DNA from: a virus
Taxonomy: Duplodnaviria; Caudoviricetes
DNA length: 64,000 nt
Reading direction: 5' to 3' (one strand)
Virus record (IMG/VR): IMGVR_UViG_3300029288_000084
Location: 32,001 to 96,000 of that record
Every line of letters begins with the position of its first letter. The stretch's first letter is position 1. The notes under the pieces were generated by a model that had not been told where the DNA came from, ran no database searches, and was given only the letters and a program-made list of their open reading frames with translations. Made by a program: the position numbers and the translations under genes. Of the stretch, positions 1 through 10,498 are shown piece by piece.

Positions 1-545
1 TCTGGCTTAAAATTTACAAATTCTTTTTGATAATCTTTAACTACTTGCATTAATTTTTCATTATTATTATCCAAAACAATACCAACTACTTCACGCAATT
101 TTTCTCGAACAATTTTTGGAGTTGATGTTCGAACTATTTCGATTCCTGTGATTTTGAGTTTTGGCTCATCGTAAACTTTATTTTCATCCATCCATTTTCG
201 AACAACATATTTTTTCATTGAACACCAGAGACCAACATCTCCGATGATTTCTCGTTTCATTTCGTAAGTATTCTTGAAAACATTCAACTTGAGTGATAAA
301 GCTTGAAGACTTTTTTCTATCTCTTTCTCTACAACAGTTTCACTAAATTTGTTAATAGCTTTAATTGCTTGCTGTGTTGTTAATTCTTTTGGACTTTGCT
401 TAATTAATTTATCACAACAAATGTAAACTGAATTATGCAATAAAATATCATTACCAAAGAAATTATGATTATCTTCTACTTCAATATCATAAACATCTTG
501 TTCTTGTATTCCTAAATCAATAACTTCAAGGGTGGATTGATTCAT
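1..545 (-). CDS. DNA polymerase B (gp43-like), C-terminal half, starting with a 38-aa split-intein C-fragment; runs off the left edge
   Basis: Absent from the ORF track. Manual translation from ATG at 545 (RBS AGGAG about 553-557) gives MNQSTLEVIDLGIQEQDVYDIEVEDNHNFFGNDILLHN|SVYICC...YEMKREII...MKKYVVR...KLKITGIEIVRTSTP: intein blocks F/G followed by the PolB KKY and KITGIE motifs. Confidence 0.93.
   Translation of the reverse strand, partial: MNQSTLEVIDLGIQEQDVYDIEVEDNHNFFGNDILLHNSVYICCDKLIKQSPKELTTQQAIKAINKFSETVVEKEIEKSLQALSLKLNVFKNTYEMKREIIGDVGLWCSMKKYVVRKWMDENKVYDEPKLKITGIEIVRTSTPKIVREKLREVVGIVLDNNNEKLMQVVKDYQKEFVNFKP
432..545 (-). mobile_element. Split intein C-fragment of the DNA polymerase
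   Basis: VYDIEVEDNHNFFGNDILLHN followed by Ser+1 (SVYI). Confidence 0.92.
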
Positions 546-1647
546 TTAATTTCTCCTTTTGAATTTTAATATAATCAACTAAAAAATTTAGTATTTCTAA
601 TTTATTATTTTTCCAATCATATTCCCAAACATATAAATATTTAAATCCTCTGTTTACAAGACATAATTTTTTATTTTCATCATATTTCCAAATATCATCT
701 ACATTATAACTTTTTTTAAAAAAACTAATGATGTCATTTTTACTATAAAATCTTGGGTTTGCATGATAATAATCACCATTAAATTCTATACAAATTTTTA
801 AATCACTTATTACAAAATCATACTTATAATATTTTTTATTTATTAAATCACAAGATCCAAATTCTGTTGTTTTCGGTACAAAATATACTTTTTCAACATT
901 AACAATGTCTTTTATTTTTTCAAAAAGAATAGAAGAAAATTCTTTTTGTATTTTTGATACACCGCTACTAGTTTTTTGTATTCTTTTAAAAAATTGTTTT
1001 ATGCCTTCCTCTTCTCCTAATCTATTTATATAATTATCTAATGTAACACCCTTTAATATATTTATCTCATTACATATTTTTAGTCCTTCTATTTTCCCAT
1101 GCTGATCTATAAAATACTGTTTAGATTTCGTATATGCTTGATTTTTTCTATACTGATCCCATTTAATTTTTCCTTCTTTTTCACCATATCTCTTAACAAA
1201 ATTTTCTAGCGTACTCGATCTTTTTTTATTGTAGTAAACAAAATCTTCTTTCGACATTCCATATTTTTTATTTTTATATTCGAATGTATTTGTTTCTGCC
1301 TGTTTCTTTCTATAACTTTCCCATTTTATTTTTCCTTCTTCATTACCATATTTTTTAACAAAATTTTCTAATGTAATTACTCTTGCTTGTTTTATTTCAT
1401 TATACAATATTTCAGGTAAATTAAGTAATTCAATATAATCTTTATTAATTATATTAGGTGATAATGGTAGCCTATTATATTTTTTTAAAAAACATTTTAC
1501 ACATTTAACTCTGTAGTAATATTTTTCTTTGTAAATAAAAGGTATATTATAAAACCAGCTTGTTTTATAATCTTTTTTATTTCTAAATATAGTAAAAAAA
1601 TCTTCAATATCTTGACCACATATTTGACATTTTCTTTTAGTTTCCAT
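526..1647 (-). CDS. Free-standing Vsr-like (EDxHD-type) homing endonuclease between the polymerase halves
   Basis: C-terminal YDFVISDLKICIEFNGDYYHANP...VWEYDW. Repeated LENFVKxYGxxEGKIKW units upstream. Lies between two split-intein fragments. Confidence 0.8.
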   Translation of the reverse strand: METKRKCQICGQDIEDFFTIFRNKKDYKTSWFYNIPFIYKEKYYYRVKCVKCFLKKYNRLPLSPNIINKDYIELLNLPEILYNEIKQARVITLENFVKKYGNEEGKIKWESYRKKQAETNTFEYKNKKYGMSKEDFVYYNKKRSSTLENFVKRYGEKEGKIKWDQYRKNQAYTKSKQYFIDQHGKIEGLKICNEINILKGVTLDNYINRLGEEEGIKQFFKRIQKTSSGVSKIQKEFSSILFEKIKDIVNVEKVYFVPKTTEFGSCDLINKKYYKYDFVISDLKICIEFNGDYYHANPRFYSKNDIISFFKKSYNVDDIWKYDENKKLCLVNRGFKYLYVWEYDWKNNKLEILNFLVDYIKIQKEKLNESIHP

Positions 1648-1671
1648 AATTTTATATATAAAGATACCTAC

Positions 1672-3777
1672 TCAAATATATATTAATTTATCACTTAGTA
1701 AAATTTCCTTTGGTTTAACTGATATTATAATATCATTTCGATTTACGATAATTGAATGGTCTTCTGTTATTTCAACTTCTTTTCCGTTGTATTTTACTAA
1801 ATACATTCGTTTATTAACTTTATGTTTCATAATATATTTTATTTTTTTTTCTTCAACTTTTCTATTATCGATATTATAAGACAAACAAGTTGTATTTCCT
1901 ATAACATGTTTTATATAATTATCTATCCCTCTAATTTCAATTATTCCAAAAAGCTGATTATACAAATCACTAATTTTAAAATTACCTTGATTTGTTTTTA
2001 CAATAGTATTAAAACCGCAGCTGTCAGTATCGTTGTAAATAATATCAATGTATTTTCCTAGTTTTGTTTTTAACCAATCAGAAACATATCTAATAACCAA
2101 TTGTCCGGTGAGTGTAATAGCAGATGCAATTCGAATGTCATAATATCTAAAATATTCATTGGCAAATGCACCATATCCTGAATTTAACAAGATTTTTAGA
2201 GCTTGCTGTTTCAAATCAAGACTTTTTACTTCAGATTCTTTTCTACCAGCTTTTATAGCCTCTTTTAATTGCTTCTTGATTTCAATTCTTTCATTATATT
2301 TTTTCTCCATAATTTCGCCAACAGTACCTTGCTTATCTCTTTTCCAAAATCTTCCATTTGGCGTATAGCAGTAATTGTACTTTTTAAGAAATTCTTGTAA
2401 TTGTTTATATACTTCGCTTGTATCATCCAATAACAAATCTACAGAAGAAAAAAGAGGGTTCAAAGCTGTATATTCACGCAACACATCAGGTGCAATAAAA
2501 TCACCAAATCGAATTGCATCTGATGGCGATAACCCAGCTTTATTGACGATTGTTTCTTTAGATAAATTGCAACCAATAATATTGTTTGGATATAGAGAAT
2601 TTGCATCATAAGCTACAACCCATTTATACAATCCGGGTTTTACTAAATTTACAAAAGCACCTGGATATTCTTGTTTCTCAGTATGTTTTTTTGTTGGTGG
2701 TATTTCAATATTTTTAATCTTTAGTGCATTGTAAATAATAACATCCCAAAGTTTTACAGGAGAAAATATGTCTCTGTATATGACTCGAGATTCATATGCA
2801 ATAGTCATAGCCAACTCAAGTAATTGTAATTTGTTATTTAGAAGTGAAATTAATTCAACATCCCAAATGTTATATTCAATATACCTTTGAGGATCCTTTT
2901 CCCAAAGTTCTTTTAAATCATATTCATCGTATTTTATTTTTTGTTTGTTCAATTCAACAAAACAGATATTGTCTAACGAATATGATTCTTGTTTTTCATA
3001 TACAAATTTCTTATACAAGTTAATGTAATCGAGAATTGGAATATAAAAATCGTAGAAATTTATTTCTTGATTTATCATCCTTATACTGGTTTGATTGACC
3101 TTGCCAACTGGGGATAATTCAGTTAATGCCCGTTCACCCAGTAATTTATAAATCCGATTTGTTAGATACGGAATATCAAAAAGATCCACATTCCAGCCAG
3201 TAATGAGATCCGGTGATAGAGTTTTAAATAAGAAAATAAACGCTTGAAGCAATTCACCTTCAGAATTCATTTTTTTGAAATTAATCTTTTCTTTATCAAT
3301 ATTGAAAGTAGCCTTTTCTTTATCAAAATCCTTTAGTGAAAGTACATAGAAATTTCCTGTTTTCAAATCCTTTATTGTAATTGCACTGATTGGATAATTT
3401 GCCTTATTAACATTTGGAAAACCTTCTTCATTCAAAACCTCAATATCAATAATAACTGTTTTTACTTGTGAGATATCATAGTATTGATCTTCTTTACCCC
3501 ATTTCGTTTGAATAAACTGATAAATTGGTGAAATATCACCATACAAAGGCATTTCATCCCGATAAGTCTTTACAAAATCATAATATTCTCGAATGGTTTT
3601 AATATGCTTATTTAAATTGATACCATTCTGTGAAATATGACCTGTGTATTCATTTGACTCAGTAAAAATTTCAGCAGGGAAGGGAATTTTATCTTTGAAT
3701 TTTTTCCCGTTTCTATAACCAAGAATTACAAGATCATTTGATAGATTGATGATGTTAGTATAAAATTCTTTTGCCAT
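1672..3777 (-). CDS. DNA polymerase B (gp43-like), N-terminal half, ending in a split-intein N-fragment
   Basis: Exo motifs DIEV and GWNVDLFDIPY; polymerase motifs YDANSLYP, KILLNSGYG, YNDTD; then intein SCGFNT...ITEDHS. Confidence 0.96.
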   Translation of the reverse strand: MAKEFYTNIINLSNDLVILGYRNGKKFKDKIPFPAEIFTESNEYTGHISQNGINLNKHIKTIREYYDFVKTYRDEMPLYGDISPIYQFIQTKWGKEDQYYDISQVKTVIIDIEVLNEEGFPNVNKANYPISAITIKDLKTGNFYVLSLKDFDKEKATFNIDKEKINFKKMNSEGELLQAFIFLFKTLSPDLITGWNVDLFDIPYLTNRIYKLLGERALTELSPVGKVNQTSIRMINQEINFYDFYIPILDYINLYKKFVYEKQESYSLDNICFVELNKQKIKYDEYDLKELWEKDPQRYIEYNIWDVELISLLNNKLQLLELAMTIAYESRVIYRDIFSPVKLWDVIIYNALKIKNIEIPPTKKHTEKQEYPGAFVNLVKPGLYKWVVAYDANSLYPNNIIGCNLSKETIVNKAGLSPSDAIRFGDFIAPDVLREYTALNPLFSSVDLLLDDTSEVYKQLQEFLKKYNYCYTPNGRFWKRDKQGTVGEIMEKKYNERIEIKKQLKEAIKAGRKESEVKSLDLKQQALKILLNSGYGAFANEYFRYYDIRIASAITLTGQLVIRYVSDWLKTKLGKYIDIIYNDTDSCGFNTIVKTNQGNFKISDLYNQLFGIIEIRGIDNYIKHVIGNTTCLSYNIDNRKVEEKKIKYIMKHKVNKRMYLVKYNGKEVEITEDHSIIVNRNDIIISVKPKEILLSDKLIYI
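1675..2022 (-). mobile_element. Split intein N-fragment (116 aa) of the DNA polymerase
   Basis: Begins at Ser after YNDTD, has block B TEDHS, and ends at a stop codon without a terminal HN. Confidence 0.9.
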
Positions 3778-3786
3778 TTTACCTCC

Positions 3787-3817
3787 ATTGTAAAATAGAA
3801 GTTAAAATTATTTAGTT
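3787..3817 (-). promoter_or_regulatory. Phage promoter, variant AACTAAAT-N17-TACAAT, upstream of the polymerase
   Basis: Same 17-nt spacing as nine other copies. Confidence 0.6.
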
Positions 3818-5018
3818 AATCAAACAAACTTCCTAAGGTTGGTTCTTCAGTCTTTACATTAAACTTTCTAAAATATTCTTTGTGATTATATAATACAGAT
3901 AAAGGTTCATTCGAATCAAATACCTTATCAATAACCTGGAATGCTAACATTGTATCACTTGGAAAATAACTATCCATTACTTCAGTACTACCTAAGTTGA
4001 TAATATTTTTTATCTCATATTCATTTCCAATGAGCTGATACATATTGTGAAGGCCCAAAATAGCATAAAAAAGAGAATTGAATGAATCTTTCTCTTTGTT
4101 CTTCAGATCGAAAATATCCCTCCATTTCAAAAGTTTGCATACAGGACAGATACAAGGTAAATTGGTATCCAAATTCCAATCTGGTTGAATAACAGTTGAT
4201 GATGAGAGGTGAACAAAATTCTTCTTAATAGTATATCTTCCATAAGATGCACTCATAAAAGGTGAGGATGAGTCATATGTTAATTTTACATCCAATTGAC
4301 GTTGATTTAATTTTCTCTGAATGTAAGCAAGAATTGGAATAATCTCCATAGATGAAACACCAAGAAAATGAAATAATTTTCTCCCATCTTTTTTTGAATA
4401 TCGTTCTACCTCGCCTTTTGAATACAGATAAAAGAAAGCAAAGATTGTTGTAAAAGCACTACGAGATGTAGCTGAACCAATTCCCCAGCCACCAGGAAAA
4501 TCAAAATTGTGAACTTTGCCATACCATTCTTCAAAATGATCAAAATTTCGTCCTTGAAGAACATTGAGAAATTGTGTTTTTCCTTTTTGATTTTTTTCAA
4601 AGAATGTCATATTATTAACAGTTTTTTGAAGATGATCGTTGAATTTTTCTTCTAAATTCATCTGACTATCAATGAAAGGCGGTAAATCTAGATTGACAGC
4701 ATAGTTAGAATTATTCTCTAGCCAATTGAAGATTTGTTCAACTATATCTGGTGTGTATTTAATAGCACCTGTGGCTATTTGATATCCACCAGAATCACCT
4801 AAAACTATTTTTTTCTCATCTACAAAATCATATCCATATTCTGTTTTCGAATCCTTCTTATAGTTGTGTCCAGCTGAAATAAGAAGGTATGGGTAATTGA
4901 AAACATTATCAGGATGAGTTTGATAAAATTTTAGACTTTTACCCTTGATGTTATACTTTTTACTTTCACCACCAAGAGGACCTAGAGAAATTGCAGGAAT
5001 ATAAGATATTTGGTTCAC
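3816..5018 (-). CDS. dpdA: TGT-like DNA-guanine transglycosylase (inserts 7-deazaguanine into DNA)
   Basis: DSGGYQ, LDLPP, NVLQG, HFLG, YDSSS, Zn site CICPVC...HN; adjacent to que genes in a phage. Confidence 0.85.
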   Translation of the reverse strand: MNQISYIPAISLGPLGGESKKYNIKGKSLKFYQTHPDNVFNYPYLLISAGHNYKKDSKTEYGYDFVDEKKIVLGDSGGYQIATGAIKYTPDIVEQIFNWLENNSNYAVNLDLPPFIDSQMNLEEKFNDHLQKTVNNMTFFEKNQKGKTQFLNVLQGRNFDHFEEWYGKVHNFDFPGGWGIGSATSRSAFTTIFAFFYLYSKGEVERYSKKDGRKLFHFLGVSSMEIIPILAYIQRKLNQRQLDVKLTYDSSSPFMSASYGRYTIKKNFVHLSSSTVIQPDWNLDTNLPCICPVCKLLKWRDIFDLKNKEKDSFNSLFYAILGLHNMYQLIGNEYEIKNIINLGSTEVMDSYFPSDTMLAFQVIDKVFDSNEPLSVLYNHKEYFRKFNVKTEEPTLGSLFD

Positions 5019-6493
5019 ATGTGCCTCGTGTGCAAATTAGCTGGCATTGCTTTAAAATGCTCTGGAACGTCAAAATACAACCTTTTGTGTTCAGCTACAG
5101 TTACAATGCTAATTCCACCACGAGGTACAAAATCACCTACAACACGAATCCAAAAAGGATCCATAACCTGTGTCAAATCTTTACAAATGATATTTGTACA
5201 ATCTTCATGGAAATCTCCATGATTGCGAAAAGAAAATAAATATAGTTTCAAAGACTTAGATTCAACCATATCTATTCTGGGAATATATCGAATGTACATT
5301 GTTGCAAAATCTGGTTGGCCCGTGCGGGGACAATTATGAACTACAATACCATTTGCAAAATAACACTCTGTATCTTCTACTTCCATATTATATACATCTG
5401 CATAACCAGTTTTTTGTACTTCTATTACTTTGTGATTTAGAGATTGTAATTGAATATTTTTCCTTAATTGTTTAGATTCTAAAGATGTTCGAACTTTGCC
5501 ACCACTTTCTTTGATCCAACTTGAAATAGTAGTTGTATCTACATTGAAATATTTAGATAATTCATAACAAGTAAAACCCTGTTCGTATAATTCTTTACAT
5601 TCTTGTCTTTTTTGATAAAATTTATCTGTTCTTTTCATAATCATACTTTCGGATTGACTTCTCAATTGAATATTATTTCTTTCAAGTCTAGTTCTAATAG
5701 TAGAACCATCACAGTTATAAATTTCACATAACTGATCTACACTAAAACCAGATACATACTGATTAATCAATACTTCATCTTTGATTGATTTATCATAACC
5801 ATATCTCAATGATTGATGATGAGAATTATGTTTTGTCAATGACATTACCTCAATATTAGAAGTATTATTGTTGTAATGATTTCCATCTTTATGGTGTACA
5901 GTACCATTCATATTAGGAAATAATGCATTGGCAATTAATTTATGTCGAGCAGTATTGCGAATATTGTCATTAGAACGTTGATCACTAATAATTCTCATCC
6001 CTGGCATTAGTTCACAAGCTTTAACCCATTTAAAATCACAAAATCCAATTTTAACAAGCACTAAATGATTTGGTGTTAATTGTATAGAGGTTTCAGTAAA
6101 TTGATTTTTTCCTTTATTGACATGTCTTGATAACATTCTTACTGTAATAATTTGAGTTTGATTTTGAGTTTTTCGAACATTATAGTATTTTTTTACAACT
6201 GGTTTTCCAATTTTTATATCGAAAGAAAAAACATAACCATTAGTGCCAACAAGTTTTTGAATTGGTACCCCTTTTGGATATTCTTTTTCATTGCAGCAAA
6301 TGTCTATTAGAGTATCACCAGTTAGACACAAACTAGTAAATTCTGGACATTTGAATTCAACTAAATATATACTTCCTTCATGTTTGTTTTTAAATGTTTC
6401 AAGCATACTCGCAGAAGGGTGATCATACGAATATTTTACCTTTTGATCTCCTAACTTAGAAACACTTCCTAACTCTTCTTGTGATCTAGACAT
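5015..6493 (-). CDS. queF: preQ0 reductase (type I QueF) interrupted by a 332-aa HNH intein
   Basis: Exteins join as EFTSL|[10 protein letters not shown]. QueF motif [20 protein letters not shown] and C-terminal PRGGISI present. Confidence 0.93.
   Translation of the reverse strand: MSRSQEELGSVSKLGDQKVKYSYDHPSASMLETFKNKHEGSIYLVEFKCPEFTSLCLTGDTLIDICCNEKEYPKGVPIQKLVGTNGYVFSFDIKIGKPVVKKYYNVRKTQNQTQIITVRMLSRHVNKGKNQFTETSIQLTPNHLVLVKIGFCDFKWVKACELMPGMRIISDQRSNDNIRNTARHKLIANALFPNMNGTVHHKDGNHYNNNTSNIEVMSLTKHNSHHQSLRYGYDKSIKDEVLINQYVSGFSVDQLCEIYNCDGSTIRTRLERNNIQLRSQSESMIMKRTDKFYQKRQECKELYEQGFTCYELSKYFNVDTTTISSWIKESGGKVRTSLESKQLRKNIQLQSLNHKVIEVQKTGYADVYNMEVEDTECYFANGIVVHNCPRTGQPDFATMYIRYIPRIDMVESKSLKLYLFSFRNHGDFHEDCTNIICKDLTQVMDPFWIRVVGDFVPRGGISIVTVAEHKRLYFDVPEHFKAMPANLHTRHM
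5333..6328 (-). mobile_element. Intein with HNH endonuclease in queF
   Basis: CLTGDT start, TPNH block [14 protein letters not shown] motif, VYNMEV...NGIVVHN end, Cys+1. Confidence 0.93.
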
Positions 6494-7169
6494 TTTTAAC
6501 TCCTTGATACATCATTATATACGATCTTTCATAAGTATTTAGTAAAGCAAATTGATGTTCTGTACTTCTTTGTAGAAAGTCTAATACATCAATAGCATGT
6601 TTAATAATAACAGTATCATATCCAAAATATTCAGCAATATCAGAAAATTCTCTTAGTAAATCCTTATCACGGTTCAAATCCTTATGTTCAGACCAAGAAC
6701 ATAAGATTCCTTTTGTTCCATCTATTTTTTTCAAATGATGTGGTCTAGAAAGTAACATTCGCGTTAGCAAAACTTTATCTTTGTAAATACGAACCTTAAT
6801 AGGTTCAAAATCACATAAGAAAGGGTGAACACCATGAATTTCACACCTGCCATCGTGATTGAGGAAAATACATTTCTTAAGATTTTTTGAAATTTTTTGT
6901 TGATTTAAAGAAATGATTTTTTTTGGGAATGGAGTATTATTTACATCTAGTACATCAAATAAACTTACCAATTCAGGAAATTGTTTTTGAAATTTACTCC
7001 ATCTTTCACCTGGATAATAATCAAGAGAAACAGGAACACAACAAGCACCACACTTATCAAGGCAATTTTGTTTTCTCAAAAACATTCGACTAAGTAAAAT
7101 ATCTTTATTAATACTTGGTTGTAGATTTATGATATAGTGAATCAATTTAAATGTTGATTGATAATCCAT
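6486..7169 (-). CDS. YkgJ-family Cys-cluster (putative Fe-S/Zn) protein
   Basis: CLDKCGACC ... [20 protein letters not shown]. Confidence 0.75.
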   Translation of the reverse strand: MDYQSTFKLIHYIINLQPSINKDILLSRMFLRKQNCLDKCGACCVPVSLDYYPGERWSKFQKQFPELVSLFDVLDVNNTPFPKKIISLNQQKISKNLKKCIFLNHDGRCEIHGVHPFLCDFEPIKVRIYKDKVLLTRMLLSRPHHLKKIDGTKGILCSWSEHKDLNRDKDLLREFSDIAEYFGYDTVIIKHAIDVLDFLQRSTEHQFALLNTYERSYIMMYQGVKNV

Positions 7170-7177
7170 ATCTCACC

Positions 7178-8068
7178 TCAGTAATTTATGTAGCGATACA
7201 AATATATTGTTTCGTGTGGCCAATGCTTTTTGTAATTTTTTAATTGCTTATTCAAAACAAAACCATAGTTGAAATACTTTATTCCTCTTTTTCTCAATTC
7301 ATCAAAAAACATCAATCGCGAACCTTCAGAATAATTACTTGGAAATTCCCAAAATAAGTTGAAACTACTCATAGCAAAAGCACAATCGCCCCAGATGTAA
7401 TCACATTCAACACTGAAGGGTTGTTCATTTACTATACCAAGTTTGATATGTGCAGGGAAAAAATTATTGTAAAACAAAATATATTCTTCAATCAAATTCC
7501 AATACTTAGCACCACCAAATGTCATTCTAAAAGTATTTTCATCTGCCAATTTAGTTTCAACCCAACGAGTATGAATATCTTTTGCAATTTGTGTATTATC
7601 TGATGTTAATTCCTCTGATCGAAAATAATTTTTTTTCATAAGATTAACTGGGTAATTTAATTTTCGTGCTCTATCTTTTGCATTTTCATAGTTACTTGGA
7701 TTAAAAATACCGTCAATGTTGTAAATAAACTCTTCTACTTTTGATTTTTTAAATCCAGGAATATTGCCTAAATCTTGAATAGAAAGTAATTCTGATTTAC
7801 TTTTGACTAGAGAAAAGTCAAATTGCTTATTTGGATCGTAGTAAATCAATCGATTTTTCTTTGAATCAAGTATACATATCAGACCATCTAGGATTACAAC
7901 CTTGTTTGTACAAAGTAGCTTTCTAAAATTGTAATATCCAAATAAAACGGGAAATGCCATTCCATGAACATGAAATACTGGATAAGTATTTTTTAATTGA
8001 TCAAAACTTATTTTATTTTGATGCTGATTTAGAAACTTTTGCATTATTAAATTTTCTCCAATATTCAA
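7178..8068 (-). CDS. Putative GNAT/Fem-like acyl- or aminoacyl-transferase
   Basis: C-terminal LRKRGIKYFNYG...LKNYKKHW resembles the end of GNAT/FemABX/DUF2156-type domains. Weak, by eye only. Confidence 0.45.
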   Translation of the reverse strand: MNIGENLIMQKFLNQHQNKISFDQLKNTYPVFHVHGMAFPVLFGYYNFRKLLCTNKVVILDGLICILDSKKNRLIYYDPNKQFDFSLVKSKSELLSIQDLGNIPGFKKSKVEEFIYNIDGIFNPSNYENAKDRARKLNYPVNLMKKNYFRSEELTSDNTQIAKDIHTRWVETKLADENTFRMTFGGAKYWNLIEEYILFYNNFFPAHIKLGIVNEQPFSVECDYIWGDCAFAMSSFNLFWEFPSNYSEGSRLMFFDELRKRGIKYFNYGFVLNKQLKNYKKHWPHETIYLYRYINY

Positions 8069-8747
8069 CAGCTATATTCCACTCTGCATCGGTTAGTAAA
8101 GGATCCTTTACATTATTCAAATAAAATGCTTCGGTACGTTCAGTACAAGTTCCGCATTTTAAACATGGCCTTGTTTTTCCATTGTAACAAGAATATGTTG
8201 TTGCATAAGGAACATCAATTTTTAAACCATATTTGACAATATCTTCTTTTCTCATCTGTTCAAATGGTGCAATAAACTTGATTTTTTTATATGTACCTAA
8301 TTTGATAGCCTTACTCATTGCTACATTAAATTCTTTACGGCAATCAGGATAAATAGATACATCTCCCAAGTGGCTTCCTAAAATAATATCCCCAATTCCT
8401 CTTGATTCAGCATATCCAGCAGCTATTGCAAGTAAAATACCATTTCTAAAAGGCACAACTGTTGATTTCATAGATTCATCTGAATACATTCCTTCAGGAA
8501 TTTGTTCGCCACTATTGCTAAGCAAAGATGAATTAAAGTTTGCGAAAATTTTCCTAACATCAAAAATATTATGATTAGTACATGTTTGTTTGGTTACATA
8601 TTTAGCCCCTTTTATTTCAGCACTATTGTGTTTAGAACCATAGTTGAAACTAACAGCAGCAACATAGCTATATTTTTTAATACTCCAATATAAAGCTGTT
8701 GTTGAATCTAAACCACCAGATAGTAAAACTAAAGCTGTACTTTTCAT
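8013..8747 (-). CDS. queC: 7-cyano-7-deazaguanine synthase
   Basis: SGGLDST, VPFRNG, YPDCR, TYSCY...CLKCGTC. Confidence 0.97.
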   Translation of the reverse strand: MKSTALVLLSGGLDSTTALYWSIKKYSYVAAVSFNYGSKHNSAEIKGAKYVTKQTCTNHNIFDVRKIFANFNSSLLSNSGEQIPEGMYSDESMKSTVVPFRNGILLAIAAGYAESRGIGDIILGSHLGDVSIYPDCRKEFNVAMSKAIKLGTYKKIKFIAPFEQMRKEDIVKYGLKIDVPYATTYSCYNGKTRPCLKCGTCTERTEAFYLNNVKDPLLTDAEWNIAVEYWRKFNNAKVSKSASK

Positions 8748-8759
8748 ATTTACCTCACT

Positions 8760-9932
8760 TTATCTTTTTAAATTTGAAAATTCAACTAATTTAAAAAATT
8801 CCTGTTTTGCTGAATCATCTGTTTCAAAAACACCATAAACAGAACTAGTTGTAACTTTGGCATCTGGATCATTTACTCCTCGCATAGCCATACACATATG
8901 CCTCCCTTCTACTATAGCAATAGCACCCTTTGCTTTAATTTTTTGAAATATATTTACTAAATCTTGAGTAAAAGACTCTTGTAATATTGGTTGTTTAGCT
9001 AATAATTTTGCAACTCTTGTTAATTTTGAAATACCTAAATATTTTTCACCTGGAATATATCCCAATTTTATCCAATATTCAACAGGTAATAAATGATGTG
9101 GACACATAGAAAAACAATGAATATTAGATGTAATAATACCTTCATAATGTGATGGGAACCCTGTTGATAGTATACTATCAATTTCTTCTTTTGAATTTAT
9201 CCCTTCAAAAATTTCATAGTAAGCCCTAGCAACTCTTTTAGGTGTATCTTTGAAATTTTCATCATTTACATTTAACCCAAATTCATCTTTTAATCCTTCT
9301 AAAATCAATATAGCTGCTTTTTCTATTTTAGAAATACCAGACCATTTACCTCTTTTATTTTCGTTGTGTATTTTGCTATGACAACTCTTACAAAGTACCA
9401 TAAGATTTTCTATTTTGTGATTTCCTCCCAACCTGGTATCATAATTTTTAAAATCAATATGATGTACCGTTAAGTTTTTAATTGAACCACAACGTTGACA
9501 CTCTTTTCCATAATACTCAAGTGCTCTTTCTTTGTAAGTTTTCATTTCAATATCACTACTGTGTTGTTTAAATTTTGCATTTTTATTGTTTTCTCTTTCT
9601 TGATCAGTAACAACATGGTTTTTTCTACTTTGTCTACGAATATCTCTTTGATTACTATCTTTCATTTGATTTACTGTACTATTTTTTCTAGATTCTTTTA
9701 ATTCTTTAGCTTTTTCTTCACCAAATCGTTGTTCGTAAGTAACCCCCTTTGAAAATTTAACTCTTTTTTCAATTGACAATTTACTTGTAAGTTCAGCATT
9801 AGGAAATTGATTTAAATATTCATCAATGCTTATTTGATGTTCATTCCACAAATGTGTATTAGTAATAATGTGAAATTTTTTGTGACATATATTACATTCA
9901 ACATAAGAACTGTCTACTATTTCTTCTGGCAT
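8760..9932 (-). CDS. folE: GTP cyclohydrolase I with an N-terminal Zn-finger/HNH endonuclease fusion
   Basis: C-terminal half: TPKRVARAY, SMCPHHLLP, GISKL, HMCMAMRG. N-terminal half: CQRC...VHHID...NLMVLCKSCH. Confidence 0.93.
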   Translation of the reverse strand: MPEEIVDSSYVECNICHKKFHIITNTHLWNEHQISIDEYLNQFPNAELTSKLSIEKRVKFSKGVTYEQRFGEEKAKELKESRKNSTVNQMKDSNQRDIRRQSRKNHVVTDQERENNKNAKFKQHSSDIEMKTYKERALEYYGKECQRCGSIKNLTVHHIDFKNYDTRLGGNHKIENLMVLCKSCHSKIHNENKRGKWSGISKIEKAAILILEGLKDEFGLNVNDENFKDTPKRVARAYYEIFEGINSKEEIDSILSTGFPSHYEGIITSNIHCFSMCPHHLLPVEYWIKLGYIPGEKYLGISKLTRVAKLLAKQPILQESFTQDLVNIFQKIKAKGAIAIVEGRHMCMAMRGVNDPDAKVTTSSVYGVFETDDSAKQEFFKLVEFSNLKR

Positions 9933-9952
9933 TTGAACTCCTTGTTTTCTTA

Positions 9953-9983
9953 ATTATAATATAAATTTAACAATTATTTAGTA
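9953..9983 (-). promoter_or_regulatory. Promoter TACTAAAT-N17-TATAAT
   Basis: Exact motif upstream of HNH-folE. Confidence 0.75.
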
Positions 9984-10142
9984 TTTTTCTTTGCTATTTT
10001 TTCAGCTAATACATGTCCAATTGGGTAGTGGTGATGTTCCCAATTTGTTCCATTCCATTTCTAACGTTCGCTTGAAATATCACAAATTTCCTTACAAACA
10101 GAACATCTGTAATTTTTTGCATCGTGTATAAATTTTATCAAA

Positions 10143-10496
10143 TTAGTCTTTTTTGTTTTTTGCATATAAAATTGCTTCTAACAAGATCAAATAATTAATT
10201 GTATCACCAATCTTTTCATCAATCAATTCTCTAGGATATATTTTATCTGGATTTTTCACCATCTTACGAACTGAAACATATTGTTTAAGCATATATCCCC
10301 ACAAAACATTTTCTGGTGTTGAATCATCCAGTTTTGCACCAGTTCGAAAATTCAAAAGAAAATCATCATCGACAGCATACTCTTTATGCTTACCTGCTAA
10401 AACTTTTCTGATTAATTCAATTCTTCGGTCTAGAACTTCTACTTTAAATTCATCAGTTGTCAATTTTTTCATTTCTATTTTTTCGACTGGGTTCAT
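10143..10496 (-). CDS. DUF1599/Nmad1-like (MazG-related) nucleotide-modification-associated protein
   Basis: KHKEYA...NF...KIGDTINYLILL pattern. Confidence 0.55.
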   Translation of the reverse strand: MNPVEKIEMKKLTTDEFKVEVLDRRIELIRKVLAGKHKEYAVDDDFLLNFRTGAKLDDSTPENVLWGYMLKQYVSVRKMVKNPDKIYPRELIDEKIGDTINYLILLEAILYAKNKKD

Positions 10497-10498
10497 GT

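Noticed and set aside
526-1647. Group I intron explanation for the endonucleases inside pol and terminase
   Set aside because: Spacers flanking the endonuclease genes are only a few to about 25 nt, leaving no room for a ribozyme core, and the downstream halves have their own start codons.
3816-5018. tRNA-guanine transglycosylase (tgt) call
   Set aside because: Divergent from canonical Tgt and located beside the DNA polymerase in a phage preQ cluster without queA; DpdA is more likely, though the substrate is not proven.
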